Shown here piece by piece: positions 34,041 through 47,024 of a DNA stretch of 64,000 nt. The notes under the pieces were generated by a model that had not been told where the DNA came from, searched no databases, and saw nothing but the letters and a program-made list of their open reading frames with translations. Both the position numbers and the translations under genes were made by a program. Origin of the DNA: Lytechinus variegatus (Eukaryota); NCBI RefSeq assembly GCF_018143015.1, contig NC_054741.1, positions 72,164,687 through 72,228,686 on the forward strand, read 5' to 3'. How positions within the stretch are numbered: position 1 is the stretch's first letter; every line of letters starts with the position of its first letter.

Positions 34041-36959
34041 CGAAAATTCGTTCGGCCGCCCTTGCCTTCCCATCCTCATAATAATTGAACGGCAACAGTG
34101 TCCCCCGCCCCACTCCCCTTGCCTCTGCTTTCCCGCTTTTCATTTTTCGTATTAACGAACCTTATTTTGTTTTCGGATTAACGAACCTTATTTCGTTTTC
34201 GGATTAACGAACCTTCGGAAAAACGAGCCTTATTTCGTTTTCGGATCAACGAACCTTTTTTCGCTTTCGGATTAACGAACCTTCGGAAAAACGAACCTTA
34301 TTTCGTTTTCGGATCAACGAACCTTATTTCGCTTTCGGATTAACGAACCTTCGGAAAAACGAACCTTATTTCGTTTTCGGATCAACGAACCTTCGGAACA
34401 ACGAACCTTATTTCGTTTTCGGATAAACGAACCTTCGGAACAACGAACCTTATTTCGTTTTCGGATTATCGAACCTTCGGAATAACGAACCGTCGGAATT
34501 ACGCCACAAATGTTCGGATTAACGAACCCTTTTTCGTTTTCGGATTAACGAACATCGAGGTATAGGCAATTTACGTGTTTCGGAATTACGAACCTTCGGA
34601 ATAAAGAACCTTCGGAATTACGAAGCTTCGGAATTACGAAGTGTAGAACAACTAAAGACCTTCTTGAGAAAGGAAATGATTTACGGTTATAAAGTGACCC
34701 CTGAGTTCTTACTTATTCGTTAAAGACGCTTCCGTCAGACTATACGACCATCTTACGATTTCTGTTGTCGCAAGATTGTCGTATTTGCCAGGAGTGGGGC
34801 AGCCGGACTAGACCCAATAATTCTGATTGTACAAAAGCAATACAGCCCTAAAAATGTATTGTGTGTAATCCGGCTGGATCTGCAACTCATGACACTCTGA
34901 ATTCATTCGTAAGAAGATTTTAGGATTTTTTGGGGTACATTTTGTCGAGTTGTAAAAAAAGACGCTGCCATATCCTGTCAAATATCCTCTTACTGTTGAA
35001 TTGTTGATTTTTTCAAAATGGATGTAGTGCCAAGGAGACTGCGAGTCCCTTGTGAATGCCTTACAACGTTAAGAGTCGCTCGTAAAAGCGCCGTAAGAAT
35101 TTCCGTTCTAAAGGCGATCGTTAAAACGTCGTCAGAGCGTTTCACGAACAGCTTAACGTGTTCTTACAATCATCGTATGAAATCGAAGCGTTTAGAATTG
35201 TCTCTCGACCTAATCTAACGTGGTTTTCACGATTTTCTTTCAATGTTCGTGCGACCGCCTTACGAAGAGACGATGTGGCACGACATTAAAAAAAGTCTTG
35301 GACAAAGCCATCGACTCGACCAAGCTGCGAACTTACGAATCGTCTACGAACGCTTATTTCGTACGACCATCTTGTGAAGATGAAATGGCCAAAAAAAAAA
35401 AATATCGTTCTTATTGCAGCTTTAAACAACTTCGTGCCAATGACCATGACAGCATTAAGTAATATCCTTGAACTTCGTTTTGACATTAAACACCCCAAAA
35501 CTATCCACCGTATGTACATCTTCTACAAATCACACTTATTATCTTTTAAGTTACCAGTTATAATTCTGTTCCAAATACAAATGTTAAATCCATTAGTACT
35601 TATTTTACAGTAAACTTAATTTTTGTAATCAAGTTTCATTATATATATATAATTGTATATGAATCACACTTTAATATTTACTGTCTGTGTCATAAGTCCA
35701 TGAACGAAAAAAATTATTAATATAGCCTTGGTAAGGAGAAAGTGAAAGTTACGTGAAACAAAATTGTAATTTTATCCTGCTCGCAAGAAGACGAATGAAT
35801 TTCTATATAGCATGGGTTAAGATTTAGTAACGTAAACAATTCAAATTTAAATTGTCAGACAGAATGAAAGAGCATATCATAAAAGGAATGTTTTTTGTGG
35901 ATAAAATTCAACACTTATTGGATAAATATACACCCCCCCCCCACACACACACATATATATATTCCAAAAGGAGCTAAATCCACTTTTGGTATTTTTCTGT
36001 AAATGGAGGTTTTTTAATTCACAACTTTCCCTTAACCACTGCTGTTTTATTCTTAGATTGATTAAATCATAATTTCAAAAATCTAGCAAAGATGAATTTT
36101 TAAAGAATTTGTGAAATTTCATTTTTCATGAATTCAACTCCTTTTGGAACAAAACCCTAGTAAAATGTTATTTTTTGCCAATTTAGACATGTTTGATATT
36201 GGAAATTGAACGCAAAACACATAAATATGGCTGGCAGAGGACATTTCACATCTTTTCTGATGTTTATACATTGATCATAACAAAAAGAAAAAAAATATTT
36301 TGTCATCTTTTCTATAGACGGTGACTTTTCGATATCTAATTCCAAAAAGAGCTAAATCCAAAAATATCCATAAAAACTGTGATATTCTGTTATTTTCAGC
36401 AAGATTTGCACTAATGGTGTGAACTTGTATCCACAACATGTACCTAAAAATTGAATGCATACCTTTATTTAAAATAGGAACAATAACCAATTTCAAATAA
36501 TCGCAAAGTGGATTAAGCTACTTTTGGAACAATACTGAAATTTGCAATCAATTTTTACCAACCTTACCATCTTTTTTTCAAACGCGATATGTTGCATTTG
36601 ATTCCCACGTCTAAGATACAATTATTCTTATTAGAATATCCCGGGGGGGGGCACTTACATTGACGAGTGGAGGATGTCTTTTTCAAGAAAGGACACGTTA
36701 CGTAACGTAATAAAGGTGTCAAAAACACCGAAATAATGGAAAAAGGGTGTCTACTTTTGCTAGGAAAGCTACGTGTTTAGGGTCGAATTTGAGATGGTGT
36801 AAAAAAATAAGACGAAAATATTTTATAAAGGATGTACTTTTTGCCCCAAGAATCAACCGTAAGTGTTTAGGGTACGATTTGCGCGAGATGTTGGAGGTGA
36901 GGCTGTACTAAACCCAATGGTGTAAATAATTATTCAACCTTCATGAAAACTTAAGATAT

Positions 36960-37150
36960 TGTTTAATGATTGAAATATAATGGTTTGATCTTCTTTAAAA
37001 GAAGAAGATAAAGAAGAAGAATGATAGAAGAAGAAGAAAAAGAAAAAAAGAAGAAGAAGAAGAAAAGGAAGAAGAAGAAGGAGAAGAGGGATGAGGAGGA
37101 GGAGCAGAGGGAGCAGGAGAAAAGGAACAAGAAGGACAAAAAGAAGAAGA
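36960..37150. repeat. Purine-rich microsatellite (GAA/GAAGAA)n
   Basis: gaagaagaagataaagaagaagaatgatagaagaagaagaaaaagaa... Confidence 0.9.
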
Positions 37151-37544
37151 ATTTTTGTATACAGTTCAGTATAAAAGATTCGTCATGATTTTATACATTT
37201 CTCTCTCATGTCTCTTTCGAAATATTTGCTTTTTTAAAAGATTCTTTTAAGGTCAGGCTCATCCTTCGAATATCGTCGAGAATCTAGAATTTTTTATTAG
37301 TTCTTGTAACCCTCTTTTTTTCATCTCATATTGAATTCATATTGATGGTGCATTGCAGTTTGCTGTAAAAATTCTCCCCTTTTGTCCTATATTCTATTTA
37401 CTTAGATTTCATTTAGACATATTTCAAGTTATATAATAATGTTTTTTCCCAAGGAACTTGTATTGCTACGATACAAGTATGATTGCAAGGTAACATACTT
37501 TTATATTAACATTTTACATGTGCACTGTCAATTTATGTAAATCT

Positions 37545-38175
37545 CGCAGAAATGCTTGTTTTCACACTGTGTCAAGGGGAAAAATTTGAAATAAAATGGA
37601 TACATGCAAGCATTTTGTAATAATTTGCTACCAAAATTAAAATTTTGATACTTAGTAGGCACAACCTTTACCCTTTTTGTGCCAGCTGGATCTGAGGACA
37701 TACCTAAATATAAACAAAAGCTTATATCAGACATCTCCAATATTTTTTTACTGTTTTTATTACTTAAAGTGGGTTTACATTTCATTTTTCATTTAATACT
37801 TGTTTCTCCACACTTTTCCCAAGCTTGAAAATGATTAACAAAAAGAAAATCAAGCCTAAGCCATTTCATAAAATTCACAGCTCAGTGTAAAGCAAATATC
37901 GTCACGATGGCCTCGGTGTGTGGGGGAGTGGGGTGGGGCGCAATGACACTCTTCGAAGTGATTTGGGCAAGGAAATCAGTTGAAAAAGGAAAAAGATATA
38001 TTCAAATCAATTTTACTAGCTAAATTTCATGTGTACTTCATGATTAAGGTCTAATTTTATTCGCATAACTATTTCATAGTTCTGCGCAAATAATTTTTCA
38101 CTAACTTTTCCAAAGTAAGTGGTGCTCACTCAAGCGGAAATATTTTTCGACAGTTATATCGTCATTTGCTTGTCA
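37545..38175 (-). mobile_element. Truncated inverted copy of the Tc1-like element, corresponding to about 29810-30490 of copy 1
   Basis: Reverse complement of the internal portion (ccccttgacacagtgtgaaaacaagcatttctgcg ... gcaaatgacgatataactgtcg). It lacks both terminal inverted repeats. Confidence 0.8.
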
Positions 38176-39469
38176 CGTGCATTTTATGTTGTTTTGTTAT
38201 TTTTCATGGTCCAGTAGCAGCTGAATAGGGCTTTTACTTTCAATAAAACAATTGAACGTTTTGTTCTTGGAATCAAAAGTGAATATGGTAAATAATTAAT
38301 ATGGAAGTTATATATGCACTGAAATTGAGATCGATGAGGTATATTGATTCTAAGCGAAAATTTACATTAAGTGAACCAAATTTTTAATGAAAGGAAATAT
38401 AAAACTTTCCTGGATGATATCGCCTGCAAGAAGGCGTATTTAATAGCAATTCTAGAATCATATAAAGGGAAATGAAATTTGACAGAGACACACAGAAAAC
38501 AGAAGTAAGGAGAAGAGCGTAAGTACCCATTAGTAGATGGCTATTTTAATGGAATGCATTAACAGTGAACAATGGCGGGAGCACTGATTTCATAAAGCAG
38601 TGTTTAAAAAAGGACGAGTTGCATATTTTATGAAAGGCACCGATTCTTTGTGGTCAAATCAAGCAAATTTTAAAATCTTTGCATTAAAAGATTGTTAAAT
38701 TAAAGAAAGAGTAAACGAATTGGTATCAAATTAAAGAAAGAGGTATACATGTATCCTGCCGTTGAGCATATCACATAACCATTCAATCATGATATCACAA
38801 TGAAAAAAAATATAGACATCGTCCATAACAAACAATTAAAATGAAGAAGTAACAGTAGAAAACATTGTGGAAAAGGGAGGAGTTGAAAAGGAAGCTGCCT
38901 AAAACACGACCCAAAGCAATAAGATATAATGATAGATTCAGATAAAATCAATCTGCCTCTGTTCAGTAGGCTGAGCATGCGCAGATTGATTTGTTTTCTG
39001 CATCTACCGACCTCTTTTCCTGCTGCTGATATGTTATTGAAATAGTTACAAGAAATTAATAAAATGCAAACTTCCAATACGTAAGGTAAGAGTGAATTGT
39101 GTCACCTTTCTCCCTACCATGCCTACGCCGCGTCGTTGCTTCTGAATAATGCCAGAATAATACAAAAGATGGAGAGAAGTATGCAGCATGCATGGAAGAG
39201 GAATCGATTGGTTGATCAGTTTTGTTCCACATGTTCCATTGCATATCTATTGTAGTACAGTCCCCAATATTTTCCTGATTATAGGGAATGGATGTGGTCA
39301 CGGTTGATAGGAATATCTTATTGCATAGAAAAAGTTTCAGCAATACGCGATGTTCCTTCGAGAATATATGATGAGCTATAGGCCTACATTAGGAATATAA
39401 TTGACTACATGTGAACTGATACTACTGCGATACTACTACCACTGCTACTAATTCCACTGCCACTAATGG

Positions 39470-39540
39470 TTATGATGATGATGATGATGATGATGATAAT
39501 AATAATACTGATAATAATAACGACAATGATATTTCTCATA
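39470..39540. repeat. Microsatellite (GATGAT)n followed by (ATAATA)n
   Basis: gatgatgatgatgatgatgatgataataataatactgataataataacgac. Confidence 0.9.
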
Positions 39541-41099
39541 ACAATAACAATTTAATTATTTTTTATCAATGACATCAAAGATGAAGGTTATCGATGCAGG
39601 GGGGCAGTGCGCTCGTCTTTACAATCATGAGAATACTGATAATAACTTCAGCATCTCTCATTGTTTAAGATAAAGATTTACCGTTATTTCGAATTCGTTT
39701 GATAGTGAAAAGTAAAAAAAATATTTATACTCCTGGAAAGTCTAAGAATTCTGATCAAGTCTGAACGATCACATGTCTGCCACATGGTCATCACAGCTGT
39801 TTCAATTATGTGACTAAACCCTGATGACAAACAAAGTAGATGGTCAGCAAATAGAATATAGAGATGTCCAATTTCCAACCAGTGGAACAGATTTGTATCA
39901 AGATCAATATATGCCACCGTATCCAAGGAAACAAAAACGTAGAATATTGATTATAAATCTAGAAAATCATTAAAACTCAAAGCTAAGCTAGGAGATTTGA
40001 TTTCGTTATCAGTGAATATGGGCCATATTTCTTTTAAACATATATAAGATTATTATCCGTAATATTTGTAATAAGGGGGGCAATGGATAGCAAAGTTAGA
40101 GTTAACTATTCAATATTGTTTAGAACAACAAGTTTCAAGTTTAACTCCAAAATCAGAGAACGTTTTCTTTCCCCTTTTTTGGAGGGGGGGGGGGGTGAAG
40201 TGCCCTCCAAAGGGGTCAATTCTGGTGGGTTTCTTTTAATAGACTCATATACATAATGTATTATTCTTCTTGGCATTTAAAGAAGAGAAGAATCACGATT
40301 AGTAATAGAAGAATGCTATACAAATTCGATAAGAGTGAAAACACAGAGCTATCACCTTTCATGTATCTTGGGGCGTTTAATATAATGACTGGTCAATCCC
40401 GAGGTAAAATTAAGGACCGGGATCTTGTTTGTAACCTGTTTGAAGAATCACGACTAATGGAAAAGCACTTCAGTGCTAGGTATACCCTTAGCTTTTTAAT
40501 GAATCACGTTACCGTGATTTGGCATATGCGAAAACTAGGTTGAACTAACGAGGTATTCCTAAATTTAGGGGCTTGCCTTTCATACAAGTTTTAAAAATCA
40601 TCATAATTTTCTTAATTGTGTTTATCTGATGCATAATTGCGTTATATGTATATGATATTATTTACGTTATGTTATGTTCATTATATTATGTACAACATTG
40701 TGAAACGGAAACCAATAAAATGAAATGAGAGTGATGGGACATTATACTGTCATTTTCGAGGCGTTTTGACTCTAGCTCTCTCTCAGAGGCGAAGCTAAGG
40801 AAGGATAGTGTCCTCTTTCATTTATTCATATCGACAATGGGGTGCACTGTTAAAAAACCGTGATTTTACAGAACAGAAAAAATAAGAAGATTTGCAGAAA
40901 GCAATAACACAATCATTCTGTAAATTCATAAAACAGGATTTTTTCTGCAATTTAACAGAACAGGTCTGTTTAAAAAGGGGAAAAGGGTGTTTTATTTAAG
41001 GAAATTTGTAAGATTCCATACCCCCAAAACTGATTTCCTGTAAGATTACGCAATCTTGTAAGATTACAGGTGTTCTCGAGACTGCTGGGGAGTGTTTCA

Positions 41100-41235
41100 T
41101 CCCGGTGTTTCATCAACATCTTTGTCCGACAAGTTTACAGATCTGACAACTTTCCTTGATGTTGGCTGAGAAGCACTGTTACTGTGGCAACTGTCGGACT
41201 TGTCGGATAAAATGTCCTTTCATGAAACGGGCTCC
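41100..41235. mobile_element. Small hairpin/palindromic MITE-like element
   Basis: cccggtgtttcatcaacatctttgtccgacaagtttacag ... ctgtcggacttgtcggataaaatgtcctttcatgaaacgggc. The two halves are imperfect reverse complements. Confidence 0.5.
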
Positions 41236-42394
41236 AGGTCTGGGAAGCTGTACGTCTGAATGATTACTGTATAAATAGTTTTCAATATATATTATCACGT
41301 TATTCTTTTATTGAAAAGGTATTATACAATTAAATGGACTGCAATTTATGTAGGATTATTACTACTTGGACAAAATGCATTCAATTATTAAATTATTTTA
41401 GACATACCATGCATTGGCACGAATCTGATTTTACAACACAGCAAAGAATATTATCCAAGCGTAAGAAATGCCATGTAAAAATGATATTGACTTATTTGGG
41501 AGAAAATACTCTTTCAAGATACATATATATATTATGTAACAGTCAAGCGTTCATGATAAGGAATTTCATTAAATTTTCAGTGATGAGGTATAAATTCTTT
41601 ACCTACTCACTCGGTAGTTGCTGACTTGAGAGAGGTGAACGAAAACTCAAAACCTAATTGTTTTGATAAATACCTCATAATTTATATTTGACCGATCGGA
41701 TAGCAACTTTCTATGTACCCTTTGTATTGACTTCATGGCTCTTGATTTGAGATCTTTCATCAGGAACAATGCATTAATATATGAAGATTTTTTTTTCATG
41801 CCAGAATTACAGCCACATTTGAATGATTCACGCTGTAAAAAAAACATTGTTTGAAATATAAAGCAATGATGTTTAAGCCCAACAATCTTATATAAACCTT
41901 AAAACAATTGTTTACATAAAAAACCCAACTTATCTAAAGTTGATAGAATGGCTGACTAAAACAGCGTTGCTTAATATTTTTAACAGCGTTTTACAGCACA
42001 GAATAAGTCGCTGCAACAAGAAGTTAATTTCGTTTACCAAAAATAAAGATCCGTGTATATGGGAAAATACATGTATATCGGGTGTGTGTTTCATAAAGCT
42101 GTTCGTAAAGTTACACACAACTTTACGCACAACTAGAACACTTTCTTGGGTCATAAATCAATTACATAGGGATATCACATAGCATTAGAAAGGGTCACCA
42201 GTCGTGCGTAAAGTCATTCGAATCTCAGCTGTATGAAACACCCACCAGGAAAGTGAGGATATATATGGAACATGATATTCCCCGAAGTACATTTAAGCAC
42301 ATGTGGTATAGTACATTAGGTTAATTCTCATCAACCACCCTTTCTAGAAATCACATACACCCGCAAACCAAAACCCACACGAATATACACACTT

Positions 42395-42425
42395 GCACAC
42401 ACACACACACACACACACACACCCC
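42395..42425. repeat. Microsatellite (CA)n
   Basis: acacacacacacacacacacacacac. Confidence 0.95.
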
Positions 42426-42589
42426 ACCAACGTGCGAGTATCCACACCCACACAATACCATGACTGCTCTAGATAGTTTTTCTTTATTCTTTATAATTAT
42501 AGACCTTTACAAGCCTACTTCAAATCCCATTTTCGTAATTCAAGTCATAATTATGCCTTTTATTATCTTTTCACAAAAAAAAATGACAG

Positions 42590-42778
42590 TGAAGTCTATA
42601 CGGCTGGTTGGTGGATTGACGCCCTGGGAGGGCCGAGTAGAAATACTTCATGGTGGTGAATGGGGAACAGTATGTGATGATTTATGGGATCTTGCCGATG
42701 CACATATTGTCTGTTTGAGCATGGGTTACGCATATTCTGTGGCCGCTTTAAGTGGAGCTCCGTTTGGTGAAGGCACAG
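42590..42778 (+). CDS. SRCR-LRR gene: SRCR domain A, N-terminal half exon (SIRLVGGLTPWEGRVEILHGGEWGTVCDDLWDLADAHIVCLSMGYAYSVAALSGAPFGEGTG)
   Basis: Matches the ORF 42460-42798 frame after acceptor tgacag| at 42587-42589. It carries the canonical SRCR start (RLVGG...GRVE..H.G.WGTVCDD.W....A.VVC..LG). Donor |gtaaga follows at 42779, leaving phase 1. Confidence 0.85.
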
Positions 42779-42789
42779 GTAAGATGAAA

Positions 42790-43470
42790 GGATTCTAGGA
42801 CATCTACCCCCTGGACATCTACCCCCCGGACATCCACCCCCTTAGGACAAGTACCCCCTAGGACAAGTACCCTCTAGGACATCTACCCCCCGGACATCTA
42901 CCCCCGGACATCCACCCCATTAGGACAAGTACCCCCTAGGACAAGTACCCTCTAGGACATCTACCCCCCGGACATCCACCCCCCGGACATCTACCCCCTG
43001 ACATTTTTTGTCAAATTGCTCGTTCGTTATGATCACTCACAGACGAGCAAAAATATATTTTATCAATTCAAAATCAATTTAAAGATGAGGGGGTAGATGT
43101 CCGGTGGGTGGATGTCCGGAGGGTGGGTGTCCGGGGGGTGGATGTCCGGGGGTAGATGTCCTGGGGGTGGATGTCCGGGGGGTAGATGTCCTGGGGGTGG
43201 ATGTCCTGGGGTGGATGTCCGGGGGGTAGATTTCCGGGGGTGGATATCCGGGGGGGGGGGGGGTAGATGTCCGGGGGTGGATGTCCGGAGGGTGGATGTC
43301 CGGGGGGTGGGTGGATGTCCGGGGGGTAGATTTCCGGGGGGTGGATGTCCGGGGGTAGATGTCCTAGAGGGTACTTTTCCTAGGGGGTACTTGTCCTAAG
43401 GGGGTGGATGTCCGGGGGGTGGAAGTCCGGGGGGTGGATGTCCGGGGGGTAGATGTCCAGGGGGTACATG
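42790..43470. mobile_element. Small foldback-type element in the intron splitting SRCR domain A: inverted arrays of a ggacatc(t/c)acccc(c) tandem unit around a 75-bp spacer
   Basis: 42790-43010 carries direct tandem repeats (ggacatctaccccctggacatctaccccccggacatccaccccc, interleaved with taggacaagtacccc). 43085-43470 is the reverse-complement array (gggggtagatgtccggtgggtggatgtccgg...ggggtacttgtcctaa). The spacer itself contains ttgctcgttcg...cagacgagcaa. Confidence 0.8.
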
Positions 43471-43512
43471 TCCGGATACTAATTAAAGGAATGCACGTAG
43501 AGGGTAGTTATA

Positions 43513-44501
43513 CAGTGCGTATCAAAAAGAAGTTTACACTTTGAAAAAATCCTGTAAAATTATACATTTGTAATATCCTGAAGATTTTTCCACATTTTAA
43601 CATTGGTACAGATCCATTTAAGCAAATGACGATATAACTATCGAAAAATATTTCCGCTTGAGTGAGCACCACTTACTTTTGAAAAGTTAGTGAAAACGGA
43701 TTTGCGCAGAACTTTGAAATAGCTATGCGAATAAAAGTAAACCTTTATCATGAAGAACACGTAGAATTTAGCAAGTAAAATTGATTTGGAGATATCTTTG
43801 ACATCTTTTAAGTTGTTTCCTTGCCCAATACACATCAAAGAGTGCATTGCGCCCTTCCCCCACTCCTCCACACACCAAAGCCATCAAGGCGATATTTGAT
43901 TTACACTGAGCTGTGATTTACATAAAATGAATTAGGCTTGATTTTCATTTTGTTAATCATTGTCAAGATTGGGAAAAGTGTGGAGAAACAAGTATTAAAT
44001 GAAAAATTAAATGTCAACCCCTTTTTAAATAATAAAAACTTAGTAAAAAAGTGCAGGAGATGTCTGATGTAAATTTTTGTTCAGATTCAGTTATGTCCTC
44101 TGATCCAGCTGGCACAAAAAGGGTAAAAGTTGTGCTTACTAAGTGTTGAAATTTCAATTCGGGTGGCAAATTTGTTTAAAAATGCTTGAATGTATCTGTT
44201 TTATCTTAATTGACTTAAAGTGCAAGGGTAATGTAGGAAAAATGTATCGCAGGGTAAGTTTGATTTTGCCCTTTGCCCTTGACACTGCGTGAAAACGAGC
44301 ATTTCTGCGCAAACAGATTTCTGCGAGCTTTACAAAAATGGACAGTGCTCACTCAATTGTAACATTCTGTCAAAACTTTTACTTTCATTGGATAGATGAG
44401 ACCCGTACCCAAGATTATATGTGAAAAAATTACCCGCATGTTGTATATTTTTTAATTCCCAGAGCTTTTTCAAAGTGTAAACTTTTTTTTGATACGCACT
44501 G
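43513..44501 (+). mobile_element. Non-autonomous Tc1/mariner-like element, copy 2 (about 989 bp), nested in the SRCR-A intron, with TA target-site duplication
   Basis: Same CAGTGCGTATCAAAAAGAAGTTTACAC terminal inverted repeats and internal sequence as 29701-30684, flanked by ta...ta. Confidence 0.85.
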
Positions 44502-44914
44502 TATATAGGGTGCCATTTCGGAATATTATCCTTTTACTAAATTGTTTATGAAAGGTTAATCTTTTTTTAAGATACTCATCGCCTTTTTATGCTGTATCAA
44601 CATAATTCTAAAGATCTTCGTTTATGATATCTACATTCATTGTCGAACAAAATGATATTTAACATTTGTTTCTAGAAATAGTGATATGAACACTTCTTTG
44701 ATAAATCGTGTGTAAAATAAGACTTATTTTAAAACCACGACAGGTCATAGTCCTCCAATTATGCTAATGGATTTTGACCTTGATGCATGGCTTCTCAATC
44801 TTAATTCCTTTTTAAGGTACAATTTAAGATCAAGATCCTGTAGTGATTCTCAGTGAATGAAAGCGCTGCATGAACATCCATCACTCGTGATTGCCCTTGT
44901 GTCTCTGACCTTGA

Positions 44915-45112
<198 letters not shown>

Positions 45113-45724
45113 TAAATTTCTGGATGAAAAAAAATCGCCATTACCCCATTTTGTGCGAAGTTTAATGTAAATGCTGATTTTTGCTCGTAACTATGAAGCG
45201 GTCTTGTATAGTCCAAGTCAGTTCAACACAGGATCCGTCCCGGTAAAGTACGTACTTGGGGTTTGCATGAAAGAGACACAAACGAAATCAGAAACAGTCC
45301 ACAATCTTAGATTTTTAAAGAACCTTTTGGTACAGCATTTGAAACGTTTTGGTTCCAAACAGTATTCTATAACCGTTCGTTATACAAGGAATCATCTACG
45401 GTTCTTTATACAAGCTATGGTTTTTTGTTGCTGTGAATTCATAATCTAACAATGGATTGTTTCGTATTATAGGTTCATGTTTTGAAGAACCATAAACGAA
45501 ATGTTCTAATCAGCACATTGCTTTCTAAGAATGCAGGACTGTTGTAAAGACGACAGTAACACCAGGACGTTCTGACCAGACAAGACTTAGGTCTAAGGTA
45601 TTGTGTGTCACGGCTATCAGCTTTGTCCAATGAGAAGGCTCGGGCACCACTGGGAGATGAACCTTTCATGAAATAATTTATTTCGTATAAGTCTTATAAG
45701 TGTAAAAACTTTTATAAGTAACGG

Positions 45725-46035
45725 AAGAACGCAGGGGGGGGGGGGAATCTCTCCCAAAAGGTAGGGGGGACAAGAGGCTGGAAAATTCGACAAGCAAAAA
45801 AAAAAAAAAAAAAAAGGTATCACCCCAAATTTAAGGTCACTTCGACGAAAATAAATTTGACAGGCAGAAAAAAAGGGTCATCATCCCCAAAATAAGGTCA
45901 CCTCGTCCTAAAATACATGTTATATATAAAATTTGAATGATGTATTTCTTATAGTAGGGGGACATTTGATATTGTGTCCCCCCTACTATATTGAGTGGGG
46001 GGGGGAGGGGGCACGTCCCTCCTGGGATTTCCGTC
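45725..46035. repeat. G-run/C-run-rich repeat block with an internal palindrome (tagtagggggacat...tgtcccccctacta)
   Basis: gggggggggggg, a20 tract, repeated aaggtcac(t/c)tcg units and ggggggggagggggc. It is intronic. Confidence 0.5.
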
Positions 46036-46368
46036 CATGGAAGAACGTGATTATCAAACGAGAATATGGGGAGGATTAGACGATGTAAGAAAGGAATTCA
46101 AGAAGAAACGGTTTTTGGTAAGATGTGCTCAATAAGCACTGACAGTTTTGACGAAATGTGCTAAGAGGTCTAATTAACAAGCCCTAAAAGTGTGAAAGAG
46201 TTTAAAGTACAGTTAATAATTATCAAAGAAATCACTTTACATAGATAGGCATTTTCAGGTTAAGCTTATGAAACATGGGAAGAAACATCATCGCACAACG
46301 CGAAGTTATGAAGCTCCAAAGTTAGAGTGACCCTTTCCCCTTTCTCTTGTGACATGTACGCACTGTAG

Positions 46369-46701
46369 TTCGTCTCGTCGATGGGAGATATCCTTGGGAG
46401 GGCAAGGTGGAAGTATTCAAAGATGGTTCCTGGGGAACCGTGTGCGACAATAACTGGGACATGGATGATGCCAATGTGGTCTGCAGAAGTCTAGGACTAG
46501 GTGAGGCTGTTGAGGTATCCACCTTCAAGGATTGCTGTTTCCAGGACTACCAGGATGTTGACGAGGGATTGAATGACATTTTCTTGGACGAAGTAGAGTG
46601 TCTTGGAAACGAATCTATCCTGCTTGATTGTCCTCATTCTGGTTTTGGAGTTTACAACTGCAACCACACACAGGATGCAACAGTAAAATGCGAAACTGGG
46701 A
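46369..46701 (+). CDS. SRCR-LRR gene: SRCR domain B, single exon (VRLVDGRYPWEGKVEVFKDGSWGTVCDNNWDMDDANVVCRSLGLGEA...NCNHTQDATVKCETG), 8 cysteines
   Basis: Matches ORF 46407-46724. The 333-nt symmetric phase-1 exon lies between acceptor cactgtag| and donor |gtaagc. It has the full SRCR consensus, including HC.G.ES.L..C...G.G...C.H..DA.V.C. Confidence 0.9.
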
Positions 46702-47024
46702 GTAAGCATATTTTTTTAAGTTAAGTTAATGACTAGTTATCAATGCAACATCGACCTTTCTTATTTGGAATATACATGTATACCCTTTATACTTCTTTGT
46801 CCTGTATGGCTCAACCCATGTTCTTAATGTCAAACTTAATTTAGTCGTTGCCAAAATGTGTTATTCATCGGTAATTACTCTTACCATAAGCCTGTCCTTT
46901 ATATGGTGTTCCACACGGCAGTGTCTTGGCACACTCTTGCTAATCTTTTTAAAATATAAATGACTTTAACTGGTTGGTTATATAGGATCCTGCGTTTAAT
47001 CCGTAATTATCAATGATGTTACAG

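Larger units (their letters stand above)
31424..34643. mobile_element. Foldback (FB/TU-like) element: long inverted arms built of short tandem repeats (left arm 31424-31700, right arm 34140-34643) around a 2.4-kb repeat-rich core
   Basis: The left arm has tandem units ggttcgtaattccgaa and aatccgaaaacgaaataaggttcgtt. The right arm is their reverse complement (cggattaacgaaccttatttcgttttcgg...cggaattacgaagcttcgg). The termini acattcgtaattccgaagcttcg (left) and cgaagcttcggaattacgaagtgt (right) are inverted. Confidence 0.8.

Noticed and set aside
35018-35613. Several 60-80 aa ORFs in a CpG-containing stretch rich in cgtaag/cttacg
   Set aside because: The region looks like degenerate continuation of the foldback element's ttcgtaa/ttacgaa repeat. 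There is no homology signal, no splice-site logic, and the frames are interrupted.
40256-41060. ORF 40256-40543 and the repeated aatcacg / cttgtaagatt motifs (including the perfect palindrome aatcacgttaccgtgatt at about 40500)
   Set aside because: These are short low-complexity local repeats with no recognisable protein or RNA-gene signature. They could be a transcription-factor site cluster, but nothing here supports a specific call.
43097-43399. ORF encoding MSGGWMSGGWVSGGW...CPGGGCPGG (Gly/Trp/Cys/Pro-rich)
   Set aside because: This frame reads through the inverted tandem-repeat arm of the small foldback element. Its periodicity equals the repeat unit, so it is not a gene.
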